DNA of 64,000 bases from Chrysomallon squamiferum (lineage: Eukaryota > Animalia > Mollusca). The stretch covers positions 17,980,001 to 18,044,000 of the forward strand of contig CM022667.1 in NCBI GenBank assembly GCA_012295275.1, given 5' to 3'. Every line of letters starts with the position of its first letter. The first letter of the stretch is position 1. The notes beneath the pieces were generated by a model. It did no database searches and had not been told where the DNA came from. It saw only the letters and a program-made list of their open reading frames with translations. Both the position numbers and the translations under genes were made by a program. Below, piece after piece: positions 41,737 to 54,801 of the stretch.

Positions 41737-42954
41737 TTTAGAAACAATGGCAAAAATGTATTTCTTTCGGACTTGTCGCAGCTCGCGCTTTCTGTTTCCG
41801 CATTCAGTTAATCACGAGTCATGACAAATCACATTAGAGGTCTAGATTAATTAAAATAAATGTTTTGTCATCGAGATATCTATTTACATTTATTTTATTT
41901 TATTTATTTATTTATTTGTGATTTATTTTTTGAAGTATTCTTGGGATAATCATCTGAGTTTAGAAAAGTAACAAAAAGTTATTTAAATAAATAATAAAAC
42001 AATAAAAAGATACTGATTATAGGATGATTTGCAGGGATGGATCAAGATTACACAAGAGGAGTGCTAAGTGGTGAATTATAACTTGCGAAACGGAAATAAT
42101 TTCTTTTATAAAGTTGCTATTCATCACTTTATACATTTAGATGCATAATGTCCAGACAATGTTTATATTTTAGCAATAATAATAATAAATAAATAAATTA
42201 ATTAATTAATTAATTAAAATCATATCAGAAATTTATTTGCATTCTGGGAAATAAATTTGAGATGTTTACCAGACATTGGATCCGCCATAACTGCGAAAAC
42301 TTGTTACAATTCACATCGTCGGACTGTTCAGATGTCCTTTCTTTCATTTTTATTTTTTTTAATCTTTTTTTATTTTTTATTTTTTTTTACTATCCATGGA
42401 CTGCCCCTTCATCCTGCAGAGGGTGCGGGCCTAGAGTTGCTAGCGGATGGATACTTCATTTTACCATTGGAAAGTAAGTGAAATCAGGAACCGCTAAGAC
42501 AAAATATTATTTCGTTGATAAAAAAGCAGAAATATCTAGAAACCAATTAATAATAATATATGTGGTTAACATCGGCTGATAAATATATAAGGAGATAATG
42601 GCCCTACTGGGTGAAAAGTTTAATAAAATTAATATTTTAGATAATATTAAGGTATTTTATAGCTGAGAGCTTCAAGTTCAGAATAGCAAATTTAGTTGAG
42701 ACAATGACCTATTATAATTAAATCTATTTATAGTACTTTATGCTTCCCACATGACATCTGATGTAAAACTAAACAATTTCCGAACACGTAAAGCACGCAC
42801 TATTGTAGTATTCGGTTTCGTGTGATTTTGTAGCATCCACCTTTATTAGTTTCAGCAGAAAGAATACTTTTTAATTTGTAGTTTCTTTTTTAATATATTT
42901 TTATTTCTAAATTATATATATATATATATATATATAACTTTTTTAAAATTAGTA

Positions 42955-43713
42955 CGGAGGTACCTCGAGATACGAGTGCTCCAACTTACGAGTTTTCCGA
43001 GTTACGAGCAACCGCCCGGTCGAGTTTGAGCTTGAGTAATTATCCGAGTTATGAGCGAGCTTCAAAAACGCCGCTAGTTGGTGCAACGAACAATACAACA
43101 TCCGCCCAGCACCCCGCGTCTCACTCGTTTGCTTCATGTGGTTCCTCGCCGTGGAAGCATCTCTGTTCTGTTGTGCTCTGGTTTAGTGCAGTATTTTGCC
43201 AAATTTCCATGGATCCTAAGAAAGTGAGTACAAAGGACAGTGCAGAGAAGAAGAAACGGGTGATATCCATTGAATTAAAGCATGAAATAGTAAAAAAACA
43301 AACATGAGCGAGGTGTGCGTGCAGGCAACATGGTTGGTCAGTACGAGCGTAGTATTTCTACGAAATGTACCATATTGAAGCAGAAGGATTCGATAAAGGC
43401 TATCGCTCCAGCCAAAAGGGTTAAAAGAATTTCTAAACTGCGGACCTCTAACCATGAAAAGATGGAGAAACCTTAACAATGTACAGTTTACTAACCAATT
43501 TATTTCTTTACATTCTCTTTTATTTTGTTTTTATACAATATTTTTCATTTATACATACATTTTTCTTATTTAAAAACACGTTATAAAAAATGGGTTGGTT
43601 TTGGGTGGCTGGAACGGATTAATGGTATTTTAATTAATTTCATTTGGGTAAACTGATTTGATGTACGAGCTCGGTCACGGAACAAATTAAACTCGTAAGT
43701 CAAGATACTGCTG
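42955..43713 (+). mobile_element. Internally deleted Tigger/pogo (Tc1/mariner superfamily) DNA transposon
   Basis: TA-flanked degenerate TIRs: CGGAGGTACCTCGAGATACGAGT on the left and CAGCAGTATCTTGACTTACGAGT as the reverse complement on the right. From 43209 a frameshifted N-terminal HTH region reads MDPKKVSTKDSAEKKKRVISIELKHEIVKK..HERGVR..QYERSISTKCTILKQKDSIKAIAPAKRVKRISKLRTSNHEKMEK. There is no DDE domain. Confidence 0.85.
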
Positions 43714-43771
43714 TATTATTATTATAGATTATTATAGTTTATAATTTGAAAATATTCATTTTACACAATAC

Positions 43772-43847
<76 letters not shown>

Positions 43848-43875
43848 ATGATTAAGACCTGTCACTAAGTTTTTT

Positions 43876-43907
<32 letters not shown>

Positions 43908-44159
43908 TCCGACCTTGAGTAAATATATTCTTTTATATATAAATGAAGGTATATTACTCAGAAGATGCATTATGCAAATATTTGCATATACTTTAAGCAT
44001 TCTTGTAAGAAAAATCATTTTAGCGTAAAATTCGAAGGAAACATTCATCTAAACTATACAAAAATAATTTTTGGTTATATTTAGGTACATGCATCATGCT
44101 TGTATATACCTATGTAATGGGTCTATTTGTATATTATGCATATATTCATACATATCCAT

Positions 44160-44389
44160 CAGTGGCATGCAGAGGTCTGGTGATGCCCGGGGCCAACTCC
44201 TTCACTGTATGCCCCAAAGACTCAAGTGTAAGGCCTAGTACTGGGAAATATGAGAAAGGAAGATATTTTGAATAAGTAAACACAGATGAAACATAAAATA
44301 AACACTTTATTCGATTTAAACATAAATCAACCAAATTTATTAAGTTCTTTTCTCTGATTGGATGCCCCCCTCCTATTTGGACGCCACTG
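44160..44389. mobile_element. Small hAT-like MITE
   Basis: Termini CAGTGGCATGCA and TGGACGCCACTG form a 10/12 inverted match, with GC-rich subterminal GATGCCC motifs. No clear 8-bp target-site duplication. Confidence 0.5.
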
Positions 44390-45487
44390 AATTTATATAC
44401 ATATACATATATATATATATATATGACACATACGCACGCACACGTATATATAATATATGTGTATGTGGTACTACTACTATTATTATTATAAAATAGGACA
44501 AGAAAATTATTCTAAATATGGTTTTAATAGAGTCACATTCTGTAAACAGAGAAAATCATAAGGCCATTTGCAAGGAAAGTCAGGTGACAATGAAAATTCA
44601 AATTTGTAATGCCTTGGCAGAAACGTGTTAATTGCTTCTAATCTATGATGACAGTATGTTTTATTCTGTTTCCTTTTCTGTAAATATACATTTAGCTGGA
44701 AGGTGCGTATAGTTTAAATGCATTTAAATTACATTGGAATTACTGATTTTTATATTAATAGAGTTAAAACTTTTCTAATAATAAACTTTAGCACGACAAT
44801 GATAATGACAAAGTAAAGAAAACATCTGGATAGACTTTTTATTTATTTATTTATTATTATCTTTTGTTTTTATTTTTATTTTTTTATTTTTGTCTTTGTC
44901 GACGTCATATCGTATCAGTCTAAGAACTGGCTTTGTTCAAATATTTTGTTTAGCTTATGTGTCCTAAAATTACGAAGATTTCGTCATATTACAGTCATAA
45001 TCCATTAACACAATTTGATTAGTAAACAGATTCAAACACCAGTCAACTAAATAGTTATTTATTTGGTATATAAATATATAAAAGACGTGTTTAAAATAAG
45101 TAAAATAAAAAAAATAAAATAAAATAAAATCACCAAAAAATTAAAAATCCCAATATTTCGACGGTGTAAAACAGAAACATAAATAAATAAATGATCACAG
45201 AAACTGTTAAACTCACATTACTGGCTAGAAACACTTTCATATCGGATTAGAAAAGGATTATTTAATGACAATAATTGCTATAGATCTACATCCGTATATA
45301 AAATATTGTAAAAAAAATAACCATGATAATTGTATACATTAGAAACACAATATGATTCCATATAAATGCAAATGAGAGTATGAATAATAATGAACATCTA
45401 ATTTGGTATTCTTTAGACTGTACATCGCTGATAGCGAGTGAGAGGAAATACAATCGCTGTAAAATTCAAACAATGAAGTACACATCA

Positions 45488-45505
45488 TGAGTCATAATGA
45501 CGTCA
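45488..45505. promoter_or_regulatory. Adjacent consensus AP-1 and CRE sites
   Basis: TGAGTCA (45488-45494) and TGACGTCA (45498-45505), 3 bp apart, ~970 bp upstream of the VAT-1-like ATG. Confidence 0.5.
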
Positions 45506-45524
45506 GTGTAAATTATTACTTAAC

Positions 45525-45557
<33 letters not shown>

Positions 45558-46475
45558 ATGAGAATGAAAATCAAAAGGTGTAATAGTAATTAATTTATTG
45601 ATTGTATTAATTAACAAAGTTATCAAACAAGACTTAATAGATTTTTGTCCCTAACTTACTCATGGAAGATAATGGAAAAGTGAAGTGTGTGTTATTTAGC
45701 TGAATATTACGATCAGAATTTATTGTATGAATATTTTTCTTCGTATATCGCGCAAATTTCTGCACGTTTCTTGGCAATTATGAAACACTTAAAAGATTTT
45801 CTGAAGTATTTTATAGTAACTTAATGTTATTTAATATAGGTAATTTTAAAAAGGAAACATTAAAAATGTAACTTAAACTAATAAAATCAAAACAACGTTA
45901 TGATACGATTCCACGGGGAAAGAACAGTAAAGGGAAATATCCCATTCCACATGATCACTGCTTGCAAACAACTAAGATTTGTTTTCATAGGTATGCGCTT
46001 ATAAAAAGATCATGTGCAAACTATTTAGAAAGGAAAGATTACAATTATAGCGCTCTCTGACATGAACTGTATATTTCCAATGCTAACTGTTAATACGAAA
46101 ACGTGATGAGGTTCTACTGATGTAACTTACACATTTCGTTTTCTGTAAAGCTTCTCGTTGCCGTTTGTCACAGTCCCTTCTTAATTATCCTTGACATATG
46201 ATCGATATCGAAAAATTGGAAAAATAAAAAAAATAAAGAAATAATAATAATGACACCCCTACAAATTAATATAGGCGCGCCTACAAATATTCACTTTTTG
46301 CACAAACATAGTTGATTTCATTTCACCAGCTAGGGCAAACGGATAAAGATTTTCAACTGACTTGTCAATTATCTCCACCCACCGCATGTGGTTGCCAAGG
46401 AAATGATCATCATAATTAATGACTGAAACAACGACCTTGTGTCGCGTTTGAACGAAGGCAGATTGTTGCAGAGTC

Positions 46476-49400
46476 ATGTCGGAAGGAGGACAGGCACCCG
46501 CTGAAAATGCAGCAGAGACGAAACCCGAAGGAGACGCTGCTACTACTGCCCCTCCGCAGAAGGAGATGAAAAGTGTGGTACTCACTGGATTCGGTGGTGT
46601 CAAAATGGTGAAGGTGCAGCAGAAGCCCGAACCGACAGTTAAAGAAGGGGAGGCTTTGGTTCGCGTCAAAGCCTGGTAGGAAAATATATCGATTTGTCGT
46701 CTGCGGTTATATGACTTTATTCATTTTCAGTTATTTGCAACATATTGTTGTTAAAATCTCATTTATGCATTTTTAATTTCAAATGTATGCAAGTAAGTCT
46801 TAAAATATATTCATAACTGATTTGGTTGGGAAAAATTTTTAATAATTTAATAATTGTTTAACGAAGTTTGAATTACATGCAATAGGCATGCATGCTACCC
46901 AGCGGGTTTTAAGATGTAAGAAAATTAACTAGCAGATGGTGAAGACGTTTCAGTTCTAATTTTCATGTACGTTATGTAGCATATATACATTATAAACAAC
47001 TTGTATTTCTTGACTTCCTTTTGATTAATTAATTAATTAATTTATTTTTATTATTTCTTAAAGAAAATATTTCATGATTTGAAACCAAAAAAAGCAGTTC
47101 ATAAATTGGATCTTATTAAAAATCCAGTCAGTTGACACATAATTAATGAGTCTAGTCAAAAACATATGGTAGATGTGCATTGTTATTGATGTTGACTGAA
47201 AAGAGTAACCATCCATTTAGGCTGCATCTGATTAATAAATTGGTTCTGTTTTTGTGTAAGCTCAGAAAGCTCATTGTTTTAAATCCTGAATGTGAAAGTT
47301 ACATATAACAAGATAATTCAGGTAGACATGTGCAAAAATCTAAGTAAATATTGTCTAGTAAACTTTATCGTTAAAATGTATAAATCTGTGGTAAATTCTC
47401 TTTCAAGATGTTGGTTAATTTTTAATTATTTCTTGTACAGTCTGTTAACATCACAAACATTCAAAGTATTAATGGAATGATGTAGGGCACTAGCACTGTT
47501 GTAAAATTTATGGTACAATTTTAGCATTTTGAATGATATCTAATAAATTGTAAATTAACACACATACTCTATCATGTTTTTAAAATGTTTTATAATTATC
47601 TAATACAATATCCTATCCATCCAAAAACCCACTGCTGTTTTCTGTGTGTACAAATAACATTGACCATCACTAGATTTAATGTTTTACAGTGGAATTAATT
47701 TTCCTGATTTAATGGTGAGGCAGGGAGTTATGGATCATCCACCCAAAACTCCAGTCATCATGGGCTTTGAGTGTGCTGGCATTATTGAGGCTCTGGGTGA
47801 AAACACTACTGGATATTTAGTGAGTTAATTTACTCAAATTAGAAAATTACTGGAAGTTTTTTAAGAATAATAATTATTGAATGTTTAAGCATGTTTGATT
47901 TTTCATAATGTTATTAGGATGTCCAGTGAAATTAGACATGTAAGTATGAAATGAAAAATAACTGTTTACTGTTAGGATAAATAACAGTTATAAAATAAAA
48001 ACACAGTAAACTTATTCATATTTATTTGACTGATATTGGTAAAACATTTTCATGCTTCAGTGAGTTCATTTCATTATATGTGTCTTTAATATACTTTATT
48101 TGGATAAACAAGGTTTTATATTACATGATTTTGTTCAATTAATTAAAGTATTTTGCATGTAATAAAACCTAATTAAGTAATTTATACAATAAATGGTAAT
48201 TAAGTGGAATGTTCTGTGATAAAGCTGTATCTGGCTGACAATATCAGATTGCTCCACTCATGAGCAGTGATTAAATCTAACTCTGTGACTCATTTACTGT
48301 GGTGACAACAGCATTTGCTGATGTTGTTTATTACCATGCAACCAATAATGGAAATATTTCCTATCAAGGCTTGACAAATACTATGAAAGAGGAGTAAAGG
48401 AGAATGGCAGAGACAGATTAGAGGTGACACTGAATTGTGTGAAAGTAAGCGAGTGAGAAATTGAGTGTTTTTATCATAAATGCTTATAATGACAGACAGA
48501 AAAGTAACTGGTTAAGAAGACAAAACAACAACAACTGAATCAAAAATCCAGTTAATGTTTTCTTTCCAAATAAATTGTGGAAAAAAAAAATAATAAAAAA
48601 TAATAATTAATACATAAAAATTGATCTAGTGATATATTTCTTGTAAATACTAAACAGACAAGGTGGTAAATATATCTAATGAAAGTGTAGAAACAACTAG
48701 CCAAGTGTGGACAGTACCTTTGTTAGAGAGAGTAAATCAGTGGCCACATGACACTTGTTGAGGGAAATTTATTGTGGCTATATAGTGTAACATCTGTTGT
48801 GTCCTATACAAATGCTGTCAACTCAGTCCCAGATTTTATTTCAAGGTGAAAATAATGAATCTTAATAAAACTGTAACTGCAGTTTTCTAAACTCTTAAAT
48901 ATAATTGGTTCACATTTATAAAGTTTCATTTAAAAAGAAAAAAATTTTAAAGTGATTTATACACATTTTAGGGGGTGAAAATTATATCAATAATTTTATC
49001 AGTTTGAGCTGATTATCCTCATTTTTAAAATGCTTATCCAGCAAAACATTATGTGTTCTGCATAGCCATGCTATTCTGTTTATTGCTGCATTTAAAATGA
49101 GCTAATAAATATAGTATTTTTCTAAAATACTGCACATTCTTTTAATAATACAATATTGATTTCAGTACAATGTTATGCAGTGGTACAGAATTGTTATTAT
49201 TACTTTTTATTTTATTTCTTCTTCTTTTTTTGCTTGCTCTATACAGAGAAAGAATACTGTATAATCTCGCATTTAATGATATTGACTCTGGTTTTACAAG
49301 CAACCTGCTGCAGTGGATTTACAATTATTGATTAACTTGTTTTTCACTTTCATGAATGTTTCGGAGCTTAAGATGTCAGATGTGGACATTCATACAACAT

Positions 49401-50555
49401 CTAATACAATAATTACCTTTCCAAATTGCATTTTCTGAAACAGTTCATTGTTGTGTGTGCATGTGTGTCTGTGTGTATGAATGTTTGTCTGTAAGTATGT
49501 ATGTATGTATGAATGTACATAATTACAAAATCACATTAAGCTTCTTAAAGAATAACAGGTTTATATCTGGTTTATATTACATTTAAAAAAAAAAAATGTT
49601 TTTATAAATATAATTGATGACAAAATTCACAAATTACTTATCTTAGCATCCCTCAATAGTCAGTATTAAGTAATGTAATTTATAACTGTGAATCAGGTGT
49701 TTTTCTTAATCTGATACATGCATAGACAACACATTTTCTTGTATATCTTTAACGGGGAACAATTCAAGAAGAATCAAAGGCAACATTATGCTTAAAATGT
49801 ATTCAGCACATTAATATTATAAACAGCTTCCAGATGTCATTCAGAAATGCTGTTTTTTCCAGTCTAGATATTATTTAATGGAAGCAGTTGGAATAAATGT
49901 CTTTGAAAAGAAAGTCTTCTAAATCCATGCTTTACACTTAATAACTGTCAATATGTAAAAAACATCTAAAATCATCATCTCTAATATCTGTTAATTTTAC
50001 TAATGTTAGACAATACTGATTTCTGTTTCTAGGTTGGAGATCGTGTAATTGCTTTTACCAACTATGGAGCATGGGCTGAACTGGTTGCAGCTCCTACAAA
50101 TCATATCTTCAAGATGCCGGACAATATGAGCTTCCAGGATGGTGCTGCTCTGGTTATGAACTATGTTACAGCCTATGTCTTGCTCTTTGACCTTGCCAAT
50201 CTGCGTAAGGGTCAGTCAGTTCTTGTTCACAGTGTAGGAGGCGGAGTGGTGAGTTTAAATGTTCCAAAAACTGTTTTCAAAGAATCAATTAAAATTTCAT
50301 TTTCAAATCTAGTAATTTTACTAACACCATTTCACTGTGATTGATATGGATCTTTATATGATATCTGATGTTTTAAATGTTTTAATTTCCAATTCTTTGT
50401 GATGGATCCTGTGACATAATGTAAACAAGTAGGTTTCATTCAAAAAAATTTTTTTTTTTTTTTTATACCTAATAATATATGTAGTAATCTAACAGGTTTT
50501 TTTTATGTTATATTTTTTCTGTTATTATTGTTTTCATTATTATTATTATTATTTA

Positions 50556-50598
<43 letters not shown>

Positions 50599-53500
50599 GT
50601 TTTCATTATTATTATTATTTATATTATTATTATTATTATTACTGTTTATTATTTTTATTGTTTTTCTTGTTCATTATTCATCTAAGAATTTTTTTTTAAT
50701 ATTGTTTTTATACTGTTACTACTACTACTACAGCTGTACTATATTACTGTTATTATTATTATGATGATGATGATGATGATGATGATTATTATTACTCATA
50801 TGTTATTATTGTTATGTAAACTGAATGTTCTGTAGGGCCATGCTATAACACAGCTGTGTAAAGCTGTAGAGGATGTCACAGTGTTTGGTACTGCATCTGC
50901 TCACAAACATGAAGCCATCAAAGCCAATGTCTCTCATCTGTTTGACCATTCTGCTGATTATGCTCAAGAAGTTAGGAAGTAAGTAGACATTTCTTTTTCA
51001 TATTTGTTTTTAGTTCTCTTTATTTTTTTTTTATTTTTTTTTTTTTTATACTTACAATTGTTTGGTTGTTAGTTTTGTTTTATTTCAGTGTTAACTCATT
51101 GTTAAAATTGGTTTTAGTTCTTGTGAAAAGTAAAATTATTTTTATTTCTTATATCTTTGTTGTTGGTTTATATATATATTTAATTTTATCTTTTAATGTA
51201 TTTATTTACTTTTCCATATATTTAATATAAATTTTCTTATTTCAGATTTTGATATTTTTTTAAATACGTATTTTTTATGTACATATTTTTCAAAATGTTT
51301 TTATTGGCTCTATTATTTTTAAGTAATAAATTACTATTTTATATTTCTATAAAAATTTTGATAAATTGCAGGTTAAACAGTTTCTTTCAAAATGCATAAT
51401 TAACAGTAGTCGTGTAAAAAAGTTGAAAAGAATCAGTGGGATGATTTGTATTTTTGGTGTATTAATTTTTCATTAAGTATAAAATTAAATATATTTGTAA
51501 GATATCATTTATTAGTGTAACACTGTACTGGAGTATGAAATTAAATATAAGTATTTTATTTATTTTTACAATATTCAGTGAAGATGTACTGGAGTATGAA
51601 TTTATAAATTTTTTTTATTTTTTTTTTATTTGTATTGATTTGTTTTTTTCTTCAGAATATCCAGTGAAGGTGTAGACATTGTTCTTGATTGTTTATGTGC
51701 TGAAGACACCAACCGAGGAATTAATTTGGTCAAACCAATGGGAAAATATTTGCTATATGGTGAGACTAAATTACAGCCTTTATTCTTATTCTAAACTTCT
51801 ATCAGATACTTACATAGCTTTTTTTTAAAACTGATACTTTGTGTTTTAATAATTAGTAAATTACATTTTTTTTTAATTTAGAAATAATTTATCATTGTCA
51901 TAAAAATACAGTAATGTAATTACGTGCTTCAAATTTAGTTCTAGATTATATATATGAAAATAGTTTGAATTGTAACAATTAAAATAACTAATACTTCATC
52001 ATTCTCATTTTCAATAAAATTGTGAATAAAGTGTTTATTAAGAACATAAATACTAAAATGGCAAATGTATGTTAAAACTATTAATGTCACATCTATAGTT
52101 TACAAAAATAAGATAGTAAAGAAAACAACAAAAAAGAAAAGAAATAAATTCAGTAAAAACATAATAAATCTTGTCTTTGCAAAATTTAACCTGAATTAAT
52201 GTTTTGTTAAATCAGTTTTAAAGCAACACTGTTTATTACTGTTGTTGTTGTTTTATCATTATTTACTGTTGCTGTTGTTTTATCATTATTTACTGTTTAT
52301 TACTGTTGTTGTTATCATTATTTACTGTTTATTGCTGTTATTTTATCATTATTTACTGTTTATTGCTGTTGTTATTTTATCATTATTTACTGTTTATTAC
52401 TGTTGTTGTTATTTTATCATTATTTACTGTTTACTACCATTGTTGTTGTTTTTCATTATTTACTATTTATTACTGTTGTTGTTTTATCATTATTTACTGT
52501 TTACTACCATTGTTGTTGTTTTTCATTATTTACTATTTATTACTGTTGTTGTTTTATCATTATTTACTGTTTATTACTGTTGTTGTTATTTTATCATTAT
52601 TTACTGTTTATTACTGTTGTTGTTATTTTATCATTATTTACTGTTTACTACCATTGTTGTTGTTTTTCATTATTTACTATTTGTTACTGTTGTTGTTGTT
52701 TTATCATTATTTACTGTTTATTACTGTTGTTGTTATTTTATCATTATTTACTGTTTATTACTATTGTTGTTATTTTGTCATTATTTACTGTTTCTCAGGT
52801 TCGTCAAATATTGTGACAGGAGAAACGAAGAGCTTTTTCAGTTTTGCAAAGTCTGTAAGTATGGTCAAGGTAAACAACATATGTTGATGCTAAATATAAC
52901 TTAGATTTCTTGAGAAATTAAAACGATTTTTTTTTAAATAAGGAAATTTAAAAAAATTAACCTTAATATATATTTTTTTTCTTTTATAAATAATTTCAAA
53001 AACAATTAGCTGAGGCACTGATGATTCACTTGGCTTTACTAAGAAATTTAAAAACAGAGTATGTGTACTTGGCTTTATTGAAAAACTTGAATACAAAGTA
53101 TGTGTACTTGGCTTTATTGAAAAACTTGAATACAGAGTATATGACTTTGTTTTATAGAACAACTTAAATGCAGAGTATGTGTACTTGGCTTTACTAAGAA
53201 ATTTAAAAACAGAGTATGTGTACTTGGCTTTATTGAAAAACTTTAATACAGAGTATATGTTCTTGGTTTTATTGAAAAACTTGAATACAGAGTATATGAC
53301 TTTGTTTTATAGAACAACTTAAATGCAGAGTATGTGTACTTGGCTTTATTGAAAAACTTTAATACAAGTATATGTTCTTGGCTTTATTGAAAAACTTGAA
53401 TACAGAGTATATGTTCTTGGTTTTATTGAAAAACTTGAATACAGAGTATATGACTTTGTTTTATAGAACAACTTAAATGCAGAGTATGTGAACTTGGCTT

Positions 53501-54801
53501 TATTTAAAACTTGAATACAGAATATATGTACTTAGGTTTGATAGGAAAATTTGAATATAGAGTGTAGGTGCTTGCTATACTAAAATGAGAATATAGAATA
53601 TATACATGTACTTGACACTGCTGGAAAAGTAACACATGGAGCAGTCAGTTAAGTCTGAAGGGTCACAATGGGTCAAAATGAATCTCACTGAATTAATTTT
53701 GTTTTCAGTGGTGGCAGGTTGACAAAGTGTCACCCATTAAACTGTTTGATGAGAACAAAGTGATTGGTGGATTCCAGCTACGTCGTCTTGTCTTCAACCA
53801 GGGACAGCATGCATACGTCCGCAACATTGTCAACAAGCTTTTCACTCTTTATAATTCAGCAAAAATAAACCCAACCGTTGATTCTGTCTGGGCTTTTGAA
53901 GATGTAAGTAACATTTTGAATACATTTATTTCTCTTCAAACTGCATAAAATGCTTCATTTTTTTTAAACTAGTTCATTTCATTGTTGTTGTTGTTTTTTA
54001 ATATAATAGTTTAAAATCTTTTTAAAGGAAAACACTCTCTTGAGCAATAAATTTCACATCCTTTTACACATTCTTATACACATATTTACATATCTGTTCA
54101 CAAAAATATAATATGTGCATGTTTTTAATTTATATGTAAAAATATTGATCTGAACAAAAATCTAGCATTAAATTCTCCACTTTTAATATGGTTTGTTAAT
54201 TTTTGCTTGTTATTTCAACAGGTTGGAGAAGCAATGCAGAAGATTCATGATCGTAAAAACATTGGAAAACTCATCTTGGACCCAACTGCTCAGCCAAAGC
54301 CAAAGGTAACTTTTAGTTACCACTTTACAGTCTAATGACAAAGGATATGATTTAGTAAATCATTGGTATGCTAACATATTTATCAGTCATCAGGGAATTA
54401 ATTACTTCTTTTTATATTTATTATTATAATAATAATAATTATTATTGTTATAATAATAATAATAATAATTATTATTATTATTATTATTGTTAATATTATT
54501 ATTTACTTCTTTTTGTTGTTGTTAAGATATGACAATGTCCTGAGTACATGAAATAAAAAAAGAAAATGAAACCAGTGAAGTTATTACTGATTATCAGCAA
54601 ACAACATTCTAATTTTATTAGTAGTGTAGACAGTTCTAAATAAATAAATAAAACTCAGAAATGCAATGAGGTACATTTTAGTCTCTCTGTATATATTTTA
54701 CTGCACTTGTTATTTTGGTTTAGCAGATGGACAAAGCAGCAGAAGGAACTAAAGAGAATTCTACTGAAAAGAAAGATGATGCTGGGTCGGGAGGTGACTA
54801 A
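46476..54801 (+). CDS. VAT1L: Synaptic vesicle membrane protein VAT-1 homolog-like (MDR / quinone oxidoreductase family), 9 coding exons
   Basis: Exons: 46476-46675, 47690-47819, 50033-50248, 50836-50978, 51656-51759, 52799-52854, 53709-53903, 54222-54305, 54724/54727-54801. Motifs: MKSVVLTGFGG, VRVKACGINFPDLMVRQG, MGFECAG, MNYVTAYVLLF, SVLVHSVGGGVG, GSSNIVTGETKSFFSFAKSWWQVDKVSPIKLFDENK and EAMQKIHDRKNIGKLILD. Confidence 0.93.
50520..50800. repeat. (TAT)n / (TAC)n / (GAT)n trinucleotide complex in VAT1L intron 3
   Basis: Directly visible runs; these explain the poly-Tyr and poly-Leu ORFs in the track. Confidence 0.9.
52230..52792. repeat. Minisatellite (~33-36 bp unit, ttttatcattatttactgtttattactgttgttg) ending at the VAT1L exon 6 acceptor
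   Basis: About 16 tandem variant units are visible. Confidence 0.92.
53028..53600. repeat. Minisatellite (~38-39 bp unit, tacagagtatatgttcttggctttattgaaaaacttgaa) in VAT1L intron 6
   Basis: About 14 tandem variant units with recurring subtypes, degenerating towards the 3' end. Confidence 0.9.

Larger units (their letters stand above)
31588..42812. repeat. Tandem segmental duplication, unit 2 (~11.23 kb)
   Basis: Starts with tttaatctaggacttcagtg like unit 1 and ends with gcactattgtagtatt like unit 1. It lacks 520 bp corresponding to 21151-21670. Confidence 0.95.

Noticed and set aside
46259-46669. 136-aa minus-strand ORF
   Set aside because: Antisense shadow of the GC-rich VAT1L exon 1; no recognisable domain.
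50505-50764. Poly-Tyr and poly-Leu ORFs
   Set aside because: Translations of a (TAT)n microsatellite.
52242-52904. Three long overlapping ORFs (220, 193 and 137 aa)
   Set aside because: They arise from a stop-free minisatellite inside a VAT1L intron; only 52799-52854 is a real exon.
53028-53600. Regular ~39 bp periodicity resembling a CRISPR array
   Set aside because: Contiguous tandem units with no unique spacers, no cas genes, and a eukaryotic intron context.
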